NCBI GenBank assembly: GCA_044070495.1
Contig: JBIPSI010000020.1
Coordinates: 1 to 64,000, forward strand
DNA from: Spirulina sp.
GTDB lineage: Bacteria > Cyanobacteriota > Cyanobacteriia > Phormidesmidales > Phormidesmidaceae
Direction of reading: 5' to 3'
Length of the DNA: 64,000 nt
This document shows positions 1-9,080 of the stretch, in pieces (the stretch's first letter is position 1; each line of letters opens with the position of its first letter). Position numbers and translations under genes: made by a program. The notes beneath the pieces were generated by a model. The model did no database searches, was not told where the DNA came from, and worked only from the letters and a program-made list of their open reading frames with translations.

Positions 1-245
1 GTGCGTTTGGGCCTTACCGTTTTTAACCGTACTCGCGCCGTCAGAGCGCTACAACCAACAGCAAGGGCGACGGCACAAAGCGTTAACCGATTGGGCGAGA
101 CAAATGCTGGTTCAAGTCCGACGCTGGCTAGGCCATCGGCCTATGGTGGTGGTGGCCGACAGCAGCTTCGCGGCGCTAGACTTTTTGGCCTCGGTGAGCC
201 ATTTACCGAATCCGATTCACGTCGTCACTCGACTGCGCTTAGATG
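1..245 (+). mobile_element. Truncated IS701-like DDE transposase fragment, running in from the window edge
   Basis: Frame 2 reads VWALPFLTVLAPSERY...RRHKALTDWARQMLVQVRRWL...VVVADSSFAAL...VTRLRLD, then similarity ends; followed by an IS-end-like sequence CTTTTCAAACGCCCTC near 317-332. Confidence 0.7.
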
Positions 246-532
246 AGGTCAGCCTCAGGCGTCAAAAAATCCGTAGATTTACACCGATTTAACGATCAAA
301 CGCACCTGAGGCAACCCTTTTCAAACGCCCTCTTAAGGCGGTCTAATATGCTGACGGATGGGTAGATGGAACAGTGAGCCGGTGGGCTGGTGATCAATGG
401 AGGGTCGCGCTGGTCTGTTGCTGCTGCCTTTCACCGCTAGGCGTAGAATCAGCGGTGGCCGGGGGACATCCCAGCCCTGGGAAACTTGGCCTATAGTAGG
501 CGTAGACGGTAAGTAGCATTCCAGAGATATCT

Positions 533-1192
533 ATGGTTTTCTTTGGCTTAGGTAAAGGCAAAAAGACTGAAATGCCCTCTCCCAAAGACGCCCTGCCGGG
601 GCGCACCACGCCCATGCCGGTACCGAGCCAGCACTATGTGAATGGCCATCCCCTCCAGGCACCCTTCCCCGCTGGGATGGAAACGGCGATGTTTGGCCTG
701 GGCTGTTTTTGGGGGGCCGAGCGCAAATTTTGGCAGCAAAACGGTGTCTACACCACGGCGGTGGGCTATGCGGCGGGCTATACCCCCAACCCCACCTATC
801 AGGAAGTGTGTTCTAGTTTGACGGGGCACAACGAGGTGGTGCTGGTGGTGTTTGATCCTCAGGTGATCAGCTACGACCAACTGCTGAAGGTGTTTTGGGA
901 AAGCCACAACCCCACCCAGGGCATGCGCCAGGGTAACGATGTGGGCACCCAGTATCGCTCCGGCATCTACACCTATTCACCCGAACAAAAGCAGCGGGCG
1001 GAAGCCTCTAAGCAGGTGTATCAACAGGCGCTTGCGGCGGCGGGCTATGGGGCCATCACCACCGAAATTTTGGATGCCCCAGAGTTCTACTACGCCGAGG
1101 CCTACCACCAGCAGTATTTGGCCAAAAATCCCGGTGGCTACTGCGGCCTAGGCGGCACCAATGTGGCCTGCCCGGTGGGTCTGGCGGTTTAA
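533..1192 (+). CDS. msrA: Peptide-methionine (S)-S-oxide reductase MsrA
   Basis: GCFWG active site, [25 protein letters not shown] motifs. Confidence 0.97.
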   Translation: MVFFGLGKGKKTEMPSPKDALPGRTTPMPVPSQHYVNGHPLQAPFPAGMETAMFGLGCFWGAERKFWQQNGVYTTAVGYAAGYTPNPTYQEVCSSLTGHNEVVLVVFDPQVISYDQLLKVFWESHNPTQGMRQGNDVGTQYRSGIYTYSPEQKQRAEASKQVYQQALAAAGYGAITTEILDAPEFYYAEAYHQQYLAKNPGGYCGLGGTNVACPVGLAV

Positions 1193-1200
1193 CCCTAGTT

Positions 1201-1349
1201 CCTGATTGCCTGACACCTCTCCCGTGTAGGTTGGGGGAAGCGAAGCGGAACCCAACACTCGCCCAGGATTTCGAGCTTGTTGGGTTTTGCTATCGCACCA
1301 CCCAACCTACGAGACATAAGGGGTTTTCGAGATTGTGTCAGTCAGTCAG
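1201..1349. repeat. Dispersed palindromic repeat family B (GTAGGTTGGG...CCCAAC...CCCAACCTAC core)
   Basis: Related copies at about 28768-28860, 52033-52173 and 58116-58225, partial at 11005-11058; imperfect terminal inverted repeats CTGATTGCCTGACAC / GTGTCAGTCAGTCAG. Confidence 0.75.
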
Positions 1350-1399
1350 CCCTAGCCCAGTTGCTAACGTTGCCATTGTTTTGATCCCCTTGTTTTACT

Positions 1400-2224
1400 A
1401 TGGGCACCCCCGTCACCATTGCCGAGTTAATCCAGCACCTAGAGGACTGGGCACCGCCTAGCTGGCAGGAAAGCTGGGATAACTGCGGCTGGCAGGTGGA
1501 ACCGGGGGTGTTGGATCAGCCTGCTAGGGTTTTGGTGTGCCTCACCCCTACCCTGGCGGTGTTAGAAGAAGCCCTGGAACTGCGTCGTCAGGGCACCGAG
1601 GTCAACCTGATTTTGGCCCACCATCCGCTGATCTTTAGTCCGCTCAAGGCCGTCACCCAGGGCGATCCGGTGGGGCAGATGGTCTACCAGGCCATCACCC
1701 ACGGCATCGGCCTCTACAGCGCCCACACCAACTTTGACCAAGTGGCGGGGGGAACGGCGGATACGCTGGCCCAGATCCTCCAACTGCAAAACCCGGAACC
1801 CGTGGTACCCACCCAGCCGGAGGTGGGCTATGGCCGAGTGGGGGATTTGGCCCCGGTGCCGTCCCTGCAAGACCTGTTGGCGAAAATTCAGCACGTCCTC
1901 GCCCCGCCCCGATTGATTTATTCTCCCGCCGCCGATCTGCGCCAGCCGATCCAACGCCTCGCCGTGCTAGGTGGCTCGGGGGCCAGCTTTTTGGGGGCCG
2001 TTGCCAAAACGGGTGCCCAAGCTTACCTCACGGCGGACTGCAAATTCCACCAGTTCCAGGAAGCCCGTGATCGCCAGGTCGTCCTAATCGACGCTGGACA
2101 TTACGCCACCGAGCGCCCCGCCTGTGCCGCCCTAGCCGATTGGGTGCAGGGTCAGGGGGCTGATTGGGTTGCCCTGAGCCAGCGGGACGAGGATTTTCGT
2201 CAGTTTTTGGGATCTGAGGTTTAG
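1400..2224 (+). CDS. Nif3/YbgI-like dinuclear metal-centre protein
   Basis: ESWDNCG, HHPLIF, HTNFD, GGSGA, DAGHYATE motifs. Confidence 0.93.
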   Translation: MGTPVTIAELIQHLEDWAPPSWQESWDNCGWQVEPGVLDQPARVLVCLTPTLAVLEEALELRRQGTEVNLILAHHPLIFSPLKAVTQGDPVGQMVYQAITHGIGLYSAHTNFDQVAGGTADTLAQILQLQNPEPVVPTQPEVGYGRVGDLAPVPSLQDLLAKIQHVLAPPRLIYSPAADLRQPIQRLAVLGGSGASFLGAVAKTGAQAYLTADCKFHQFQEARDRQVVLIDAGHYATERPACAALADWVQGQGADWVALSQRDEDFRQFLGSEV

Positions 2225-2661
2225 GGGGTTGTCGCAGACTCTTGACCCACTTGGGAACACACGTAGTCTAGGGTTTGGGCATTGAGCGGATCCCCCGCCA
2301 CGGAATGCCAGGTGAGGTCACCGGGTTGGCCGTTGTACTCCACATCCCGGTACTGCCGATCCTGGCAGCGATATTCGGTGAGATAGGTAGTGCGCTGGGC
2401 GGGTTGTTGCCGCTGATTGAGGTAAAGACTGCGTACCTGTACCGTACCCCCCGGCTGAGGTTGGATCGAGTCTACGTCGATAAATTGCTGCTCTAGGCCA
2501 GCGGGGGTCACAGGGAGCCAATTTCCGGCCCAGGCTGAAGTTCCCCAGATCGGCACCCCCCAGACCAAACCGACCATGGCGATCATTAGCCCGATCCGCC
2601 CGCCTTGGGCCGAAATCCAGGATACAAACTGAGTCATCATTTCCCTTGCCACACCACGCAA
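2221..2661 (-). CDS. Exported hypothetical protein (surface-adhesin-E-like)
   Basis: Signal-like N-terminus; FIDVDSI...EYRC...LDYVC pattern. Confidence 0.55.
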   Translation of the reverse strand: MRGVAREMMTQFVSWISAQGGRIGLMIAMVGLVWGVPIWGTSAWAGNWLPVTPAGLEQQFIDVDSIQPQPGGTVQVRSLYLNQRQQPAQRTTYLTEYRCQDRQYRDVEYNGQPGDLTWHSVAGDPLNAQTLDYVCSQVGQESATTP

Positions 2662-2860
2662 AGCCTTCCACGTTTAGCAGTCTAATCCCAAATCCAAATC
2701 GCAAACCCCAATTCCCAGTCCGAACCGCCGTAGGGGCGAGGTCTCCTCGCCCGCTGATATCGGGAGCAAACTAGCCGGATTTCGTCTAAGGGCAAGGTAG
2801 GGAGTTGCTAGGATAGTTTCGCAGGGGTTGGGGGTTGGTTTGGAGAGGAACGGATTGGCC

Positions 2861-4471
2861 ATGGCGCGAAGGATGGGTTGGACGTGGGGCTGGATAGTGG
2901 TCTTTGGATGGGCGGCTTTGGCCACAGCGGCAGAACCGCAGCTTCAAACGCCAGAACCTCTGGCTGTCGAGGCTTCTGATGTCGAGGCTTCTGATGCTGA
3001 AGTGGTTCATCCTGAGTCTGTTGATACGGAATCTGTGAATCCTGAGGCGGAAACCGTTAATCCTGAAGCCGTTCATTCTGAGTCTGTGACCCCTGAGGCT
3101 ACGGAATCGGATAATCCTGAATCTACAGAGGCATCTGATAATTCTGATAATCCTGAATCTACAGAAACCATTAATCCTGAAGAGTCTAGTAATTCTGAGT
3201 CTACAGAAACCACGAATCCTGAGGCATCTGATAATCCTGAGTCTCTAGAAACCGTTAATCCTGAGGCATCTGATAATCCTGAGTCTACAGAAATCTCTAA
3301 TCCTGAGGCATCTGATAATTCTGAGTCCGCGCCCCCTGAGGCTACGGAATCGGATAATTCTGAGGCTACAGAGGCATCTGATAATTCTGATAATCCTGAA
3401 TCTACAGAAACCATTAATCCTGAGGGATCTGGTAATTCTGAGTCCGCGCCCTCTGAGGTTATGGAATCGGATGATCCTGAATCTATAGAGGCATCTGATA
3501 ATCCTGATAATCCTGAGTCTATAGAAACCATTAATCCTGAGGAATCGGATAACCCTGAGTCTATAGAAACCGTTGATCCTGAGTTGGCTGTTCCTGAGCC
3601 TGTCGAGCCGGAATCCGCTAATTCTGACGCTACTAATCCTGAATCTGTCGATACGGAGCCTACAAATCCTGAAATCGCTGATCCGGAGGGGGTTGATCCG
3701 GAGATCGTAGAACCTCCATCGACCGTAGCGACCTGGGAAACGTTTCAGCAGTGGTGCGAAGCCGAGGATAGTTTGCCAGAGGGGCAACGACATACGGTGG
3801 AGGTGCTGCTAGCGGAACTGGGGGTGGAAAACTGCCGCCAAGCGGGGCGACGGGCTTCGGTCGTCACGATTTTGAACCTATCGCACCAGGATTTGACGGA
3901 CATTGCCCCCCTCGCCAGTTGGCCTCAACTGACGGATCTGCTGCTGCACAACAACGCCATTCAAGACCTGCGCCCCCTGGCTGAGATGCCAAACCTCACC
4001 CGCCTCTACCTCAGCAACAACCAAATTACCGACCTCGCGCCCCTAGCCTCCCTAGACCAAATTCGGGTGCTGAGCTTAGCCAACAATCCTTTAGGGGATG
4101 TGCAGGGGCTGGAGTCGCTGACGACCCTGGAAGAACTGCACCTCAGCCAAACCCAACTGCAATCCCTTGCGCCCTTGGCTTCCCTGTCAAACCTCACCAC
4201 CCTTTATCTGAATCAAAACCAGATTAGCGATCTAACGCCCCTGGCCTCCCTAACGGCCCTGGAAGTGCTTGACCTTAGCTCAAACCAGGTGGACAATCTG
4301 GCCCCCCTGATGGCCCTGGAAAATCTGCAATCCCTCAACCTCAATCGCAACCGCATCCAGGATGCCTCTGCCCTGCGGACCATGCCGAACTTAGGGCAGG
4401 TTTATCTCTACAACAATCCGGTCAACCGCTCTGGGTGTCCTGGTAATCCCAACGCGATCTGTTTTATGTAG
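2861..4471 (+). CDS. Exported internalin-like leucine-rich-repeat protein with a long acidic repeat linker
   Basis: Signal peptide, roughly 250 aa of E/S/D/N/P-rich repeats, then 22-aa LRRs (LxLxxNQIxDLxPLAxL); ATG at 2861 preferred over TTG at 2828. Confidence 0.88.
   Translation: MARRMGWTWGWIVVFGWAALATAAEPQLQTPEPLAVEASDVEASDAEVVHPESVDTESVNPEAETVNPEAVHSESVTPEATESDNPESTEASDNSDNPESTETINPEESSNSESTETTNPEASDNPESLETVNPEASDNPESTEISNPEASDNSESAPPEATESDNSEATEASDNSDNPESTETINPEGSGNSESAPSEVMESDDPESIEASDNPDNPESIETINPEESDNPESIETVDPELAVPEPVEPESANSDATNPESVDTEPTNPEIADPEGVDPEIVEPPSTVATWETFQQWCEAEDSLPEGQRHTVEVLLAELGVENCRQAGRRASVVTILNLSHQDLTDIAPLASWPQLTDLLLHNNAIQDLRPLAEMPNLTRLYLSNNQITDLAPLASLDQIRVLSLANNPLGDVQGLESLTTLEELHLSQTQLQSLAPLASLSNLTTLYLNQNQISDLTPLASLTALEVLDLSSNQVDNLAPLMALENLQSLNLNRNRIQDASALRTMPNLGQVYLYNNPVNRSGCPGNPNAICFM
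3050..3710 (+). repeat. Coding tandem repeats (NPES/ASDN units) with higher-order duplications of about 110 bp
   Basis: AATCCTGAG-type units; blocks starting near 3090, 3334 and 3450 are near-copies. Confidence 0.85.
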
Positions 4472-4472
4472 C

Positions 4473-4612
4473 CTCAGTAGATCACAAAGTCCCCGCCGCC
4501 CACCCTGACGGGAAACAAGCTACACCCCCAGCCCCTCTTCCAGAGAGGAGAGGGGAGCCGGAAGCCTTTCAAAGTCCCTTTTCCTTGGGGAGAGGGATTT
4601 AGGGTGAGGGCG
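4473..4612. repeat. Dispersed repeat family A (MITE-like), partial copy
   Basis: Begins CTCAGTAGATCACAAAGTCCC and ends GGGAGAGGGATTTAGGGTGAGGG, as in the 33525-33683 copy. Confidence 0.8.
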
Positions 4613-4619
4613 GCTCAGG

Positions 4620-7391
4620 TTACTCAAACTGGGGCGGCAGTTCTGAAGGGGAAAGGCCGTTCGGGCTGGAGAGACGGGGGGTTACAAGGGGATCCCCAGG
4701 CTCTCCATCTGCCGCTGCCGCTGCCGCTGCCGCCGCTGCCGCCGCCGCTCCATCCTCACCACCACCGCCGCCGTTAGCCGCCGTTGGTGGCAGGGCCACG
4801 GTGGCCAGGGTAAACGACCGCTGCACCTGCTGGCCATCGCGATTGGTGACCTGGAGGGTGATGACGGTGGAGCTGGTTTCGGTGCTGAGGGGCAGGGGCA
4901 GACTGCCCTGGGGAGGGACGTTACCGGGGACGGGCAGTAGGGCGACGGTGGTGCCGGGGTTGGCCTCCACCTGCCAAGACACGACCATCTGGGGCGGCGG
5001 TTGGTTGGGGGCTAGGGCAACGGTGTATTTCGGCTGCAAGGGCTGGCCGTTCACCGAAAAGTTGAGAATCTGGGGTGGGCGGGCTTCGATCAAAATCGGG
5101 GCAGTGGCCAAGGTGATGGGGGGATCGGCGGGGCCATCGACGGGGATTAGCGTGAGTTCAAAAATATAGCGTCCGGCTTGGCGTACCCCGGTTTGCAGAT
5201 TCTCGCAAATGAGGGCTTCTTCGAGTCGGCAGAAGGGTTGGAGCTGTTCGGGAAGGCCCTGGCGCAGGTCAATTTGCACCTTAGGGAAGACAACGGTACC
5301 TTCGGGGTCGCGACCCACCAACTCTAAAACCGCAACGCGCTCAGGATGGGCGATGGCCCAATTGAGGCGAATGCCGTAGGGGTCGGTGTCTGGGTTGGCC
5401 CCATTCCCCGCCGCCACGGGCTGGGTGCTATTGGGGGGTGGGGCTTCGGGATAGACGGGCTGGCTGGGGCCAAAGGCCAGAATTTCCGGCTTGGGGAAGG
5501 GATCGACGGTGATCAACGCCGAGGTGATCTGGTGGGGAAGAAGATTACCGCGCCTGGGTTTGGGAAAGGCGGTGAGGGTGAACTGGTATTGACCGGGCTG
5601 GCGGGCATCGGTGAGCACGGCGCGGCAGGTGAGCAGCACGCGGCTGAGGGTGCAGAAGGGTTCTAGGTCGGTGGGTAGACCTTGGCTGAGGTCGTAGGTG
5701 ATGGGGCCACTGGTAATGGTGCCCTCCGGCGATTGACCAACCAGTTCTAGGCGCTGCAAACGACGGGGTTGGCTGACCTGAAAATCGAGCCGCACGGCAT
5801 CGTCGTTGGTTTCGCTGTATTGGGGGTCGGCGGGGGCCAACCGCACCACCTGGGGCGGCACCGGAGGCCGCAGAAACAGCCACCACAGCAGCCACAGCCC
5901 CGCCGCCACCCCGCCAATGGCCAACAGCACCAGGGGCAACACCTGCCACCAAGGGCGCGACTCCCACAGCAGAAAGCCCTGCATGGGAATCTCTGGCAAG
6001 GGGTGATTGTCTAAATCTTGGGTTTCGACGGTGAAGTTAATCACCTTGCCGCCGCCGATCCAGGGGCGCTTGCGGCGGGGATGGGGCTGGACGGTAATTT
6101 TGCTGGTTTGGGTTTGCTGGGGGGCCAGGTGCAGTTCCGGTGGCTCTAGGGTAAAGGTGCAGAGGTCGCCGCCATCAAGGGGAAGGGCCTGGAATCCCAG
6201 GGTTCGGGGGGTATTGCCCTGGTTGCTGGCCTGCACCATGTACACCCCTGGCTGGTTTTGCACCCGGCTCACCAGGGTACGAAAGCTGAGATGCACCTGG
6301 TAAACCGGGCGCACCTCCAGGTACAGCAGCTCCAGCAGGGTTAGGTCGGGCTGATTCTCCGATTGCAGCTTGAGGGTGCCGACATAGCTACCCGCCGGGG
6401 TGTTGGGGGGCACCGTCAGCCGCACGGAAATGGTGCCCTGGTCGTTGGGGTTGAGGTCAAGGTACTGCTCGATCAGCGATAGCCCCACCGCCTGAAACCC
6501 CTGGGGGTAGGTAATGGTGAGCCAATCGGTGGGCAGATCTAAACACCGCAGACGAAACCGATCCACCCGCTGCCCCCGGTTGTGGACGATCACCTGAAGA
6601 TCCAGGGTTTCGCCAGGAGAAAGGCTAACGGGGCTGGCGGATCGGGTGGGCGGCAGTAGGAAAAAGGTGGGGTCGTTGGCCTGGTCGGTGTCTTCGGCGG
6701 CGGGCAAGACCTGCACTCGCTGCTCAAACCGCTGGGGCGGACTGCCGGGATAGTGCTGGGGGGCATCGACCACCAGGGCATAGGTGTAGTACCCCGCCAT
6801 GGCGGTGGCAGGCACCTGAAAGCTAAATACGGCTTCCCGGCTTTGGTCGGGGCCGAGGGCCAGCCGCTCCTGGGTGGAGGAAACCCAGGCGTAGAGGGAG
6901 GCGGGCAGATCCTCCAAAAACACATCAATAATGGCGCTGATGTCGCCTTTGTTGGTCACCGTCACGCTCAGGGTCAGGGTTCTTCCTGGAGCCACCACAC
7001 TAGCCCCACTCAGCATCACCGCGAGGGGGGCCACGGTCGAATCTTCTGTCGAATCCACGCTGCCCGCCCGCTGGCGCGACAAAATCCGGGCTCGGTACTG
7101 CACGGGGGTGGGGGCCCCTGGGGAGGAGAGCCCCTCGGTCCAGCCATCGCCCTGGGGAGAGGACACCACCTGCACATAGCCCAGGGTTAAGAGGGAGGCG
7201 ATCTGTTGCTGGGCCTCCAGTTCAGACACCCCCAGGTGTTGGGCCACCTCGGCTAGGGTCACCGTAGACTGGCGAATCAGCCACACCATCAACTGCCGCT
7301 GTTCCAGGGGAAGCGCCAGCATATCGGCCATACTCAGGCCACCCCAGGACTCCTCGATGGAGGCTTCATTTTGAAACCCTGAACCTGTCAT
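4620..7391 (-). CDS. Large membrane-anchored protein with COG1470-like Ig/beta-sandwich repeats and an N-terminal winged-helix-like segment
   Basis: 923-aa ORF; TNKG/HNRG/SNQGN repeated domains; one TM helix (WWQVLPLVLLAIGG...WWLFL); two similar Cys-containing domains after the TM. Confidence 0.65.
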   Translation of the reverse strand: MTGSGFQNEASIEESWGGLSMADMLALPLEQRQLMVWLIRQSTVTLAEVAQHLGVSELEAQQQIASLLTLGYVQVVSSPQGDGWTEGLSSPGAPTPVQYRARILSRQRAGSVDSTEDSTVAPLAVMLSGASVVAPGRTLTLSVTVTNKGDISAIIDVFLEDLPASLYAWVSSTQERLALGPDQSREAVFSFQVPATAMAGYYTYALVVDAPQHYPGSPPQRFEQRVQVLPAAEDTDQANDPTFFLLPPTRSASPVSLSPGETLDLQVIVHNRGQRVDRFRLRCLDLPTDWLTITYPQGFQAVGLSLIEQYLDLNPNDQGTISVRLTVPPNTPAGSYVGTLKLQSENQPDLTLLELLYLEVRPVYQVHLSFRTLVSRVQNQPGVYMVQASNQGNTPRTLGFQALPLDGGDLCTFTLEPPELHLAPQQTQTSKITVQPHPRRKRPWIGGGKVINFTVETQDLDNHPLPEIPMQGFLLWESRPWWQVLPLVLLAIGGVAAGLWLLWWLFLRPPVPPQVVRLAPADPQYSETNDDAVRLDFQVSQPRRLQRLELVGQSPEGTITSGPITYDLSQGLPTDLEPFCTLSRVLLTCRAVLTDARQPGQYQFTLTAFPKPRRGNLLPHQITSALITVDPFPKPEILAFGPSQPVYPEAPPPNSTQPVAAGNGANPDTDPYGIRLNWAIAHPERVAVLELVGRDPEGTVVFPKVQIDLRQGLPEQLQPFCRLEEALICENLQTGVRQAGRYIFELTLIPVDGPADPPITLATAPILIEARPPQILNFSVNGQPLQPKYTVALAPNQPPPQMVVSWQVEANPGTTVALLPVPGNVPPQGSLPLPLSTETSSTVITLQVTNRDGQQVQRSFTLATVALPPTAANGGGGGEDGAAAAAAAAAAAAADGEPGDPLVTPRLSSPNGLSPSELPPQFE

Positions 7392-7570
7392 TACTGCGTC
7401 CTAATTCTCAGGGGCCAACGTTCTCAGAGGGAATTATAGTCTGAGCCATTTGAGGAATGGGTCATGCCCTCAGGCGTCATTACTTAGGCCGTTGTGGCAT
7501 TTAAGCGGTCATTATAAACTGAGCCACCCCATTCTCCGCCTGAACCCTCGGCAGCAAGACCCTACCAGCG

Positions 7571-8200
7571 TTAGGCGGCTCGTTGTAGGGCCGCTAGATC
7601 TGTGCCGCAGATGGCCTTCAGGTTGCGGGTAATTTTGGCGATATCCCAGTGCCACCATTGCAGATTCATCAGGGCTTGGATGGTGTCGTCATCGAACCGT
7701 TGCCGGATGGGGCGGGCGGGGTTGCCCCCGACCACGGTGTAGGGTGCGACGGACTTGGTCACCACCGCTTGGCTGGCAATGATAGCTCCATCGCCAATCT
7801 GCACCCCTGGCATAAGGGTTGCGCCGTAACCCATCCACACATCGTTGCCGATGACGGTATCGCCCTTGTGGGGCCAATCTTCGGGCATAGCCACCTCCCA
7901 GCCCTGGCCAAAGACGGGGAAGGGATAGTTGGTGAACCAGTCCGTCCGGTGGTTGCCGCCATTCATGATGAATTTCACGTCGGAGGCGATGCAGCAAAAT
8001 TTGCCGATGATCAGTTTGTCACCGACAAAATCAAAGTGGTAGAGCACATTGCGCTCGAAGTTTTCGGGATTCTCGAAATCGTCGTAGTAGGTGTAGTCTC
8101 CGACAATGATGTTGGGGTTGGTGATGATGGTTTTTAGGTACACCAGGCGCGTTTGTCCAGTTATTGGATGGCGGGTGTTGGGGGCGGGGCCGTAGGACAT
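7571..8200 (-). CDS. Vat/CatB-family hexapeptide-repeat O-acetyltransferase
   Basis: IIVGDYTYYDD, IGKFCCIA, IGNDVWMG, VGGNPA, QWWHWD. Confidence 0.92.
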   Translation of the reverse strand: MSYGPAPNTRHPITGQTRLVYLKTIITNPNIIVGDYTYYDDFENPENFERNVLYHFDFVGDKLIIGKFCCIASDVKFIMNGGNHRTDWFTNYPFPVFGQGWEVAMPEDWPHKGDTVIGNDVWMGYGATLMPGVQIGDGAIIASQAVVTKSVAPYTVVGGNPARPIRQRFDDDTIQALMNLQWWHWDIAKITRNLKAICGTDLAALQRAA

Positions 8201-8532
8201 AGGACTTTCTCAAGGGGGCTCAAGTTTCAAGGGGGCTCAAGTCGTCTCTCCAGGAACCGTGGCGATAAAACCGACCGATGGGCTTGCCAGGGGCCAACGT
8301 TGCCGATGGCGGACGTTGGGGTAGTAGGCTTCACCCGTGCCTTGAACTCTAGTACAATCAGGCTCTGACGCTAGCATAGGCGGCGTAAAAAGGGCGCTTA
8401 ACCCGGCCTGCGCGACTTGCCACCCTGAAAAGCTGTGAACCTTGCTGGCAAAGCCGTAAACCTTGCTGGCCTCGCCACCCCATAGCCGCGTCCGGCGTAC
8501 GGTTCCTCAGTCCGCCTAATCCTTGGTTTGCC

Positions 8533-8982
8533 ATGCCCAGCCTCTACAGTGAAGTCACCATTGACGCGCCTCGGTTCGCCGTCTGGGATGCCCTGATTCG
8601 TAAGGAAGAATGGCATCGCTGGAATACCTTCCTCTACGACTGCGACCCCAGCCGCCCGATCCGTCCGGGGGGAGACATTCTCTTGGCCCTGCGCCGCCTA
8701 GAAGGGGAAGACGAAACCGAATTTCAGCCCCGCATTTTGGTGGTGCAGCCCAACCGCTGCCTGCGTTGGATGGCCAAGGTCCCCGGCTTCCGCAGCGAGC
8801 ATGTTTTTGAGTTAGAGGACATCGGCCCCAACCGCACCAAATACATTCACCAGGAACGCATTTCTGGCCTGTTGTCGAAGGTGTTCCTGCCCTTCATTCG
8901 CCGCGATGAAAAGGAAGGAATCCGCCGCATGAGCCGCCAAATTAAACGCTACGTCGAGCACGACTATCGCCGTCAGTGGTGA
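8533..8982 (+). CDS. SRPBCC (polyketide cyclase-like) domain protein
   Basis: TIDAP..VWDAL..WHRWN, CLRW, EHVFELE pattern. Confidence 0.8.
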   Translation: MPSLYSEVTIDAPRFAVWDALIRKEEWHRWNTFLYDCDPSRPIRPGGDILLALRRLEGEDETEFQPRILVVQPNRCLRWMAKVPGFRSEHVFELEDIGPNRTKYIHQERISGLLSKVFLPFIRRDEKEGIRRMSRQIKRYVEHDYRRQW

Positions 8983-9080
8983 ACTTCAGGGGTAAGCAAA
9001 ATTAAGTTTCTTACTAGGCGTCCCTTCCTCTGTGGGCCTGGGGCATCCTGTAGGTAGCCCTTTGCAACAGGCCAGCGGCG

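Noticed and set aside
1..335. CRISPR-associated transposon
   Set aside because: The transposase is a truncated fragment 11 kb from cas6, and no tnsB/tnsC/tniQ genes are present
3050..3710. Possible CRISPR-like or non-coding repeat array
   Set aside because: Units are codon-phased inside a coherent ORF and have no unique spacers
3073..3793. Antisense repetitive ORFs
   Set aside because: Shadows of the acidic repeats in the LRR gene
7571..8200. Acquired antibiotic-resistance gene
   Set aside because: Host-like composition, no mobile context, and the substrate cannot be inferred from sequence
8428..8471. 21-bp imperfect tandem duplication upstream of the SRPBCC gene
   Set aside because: Two copies only, with no supporting context
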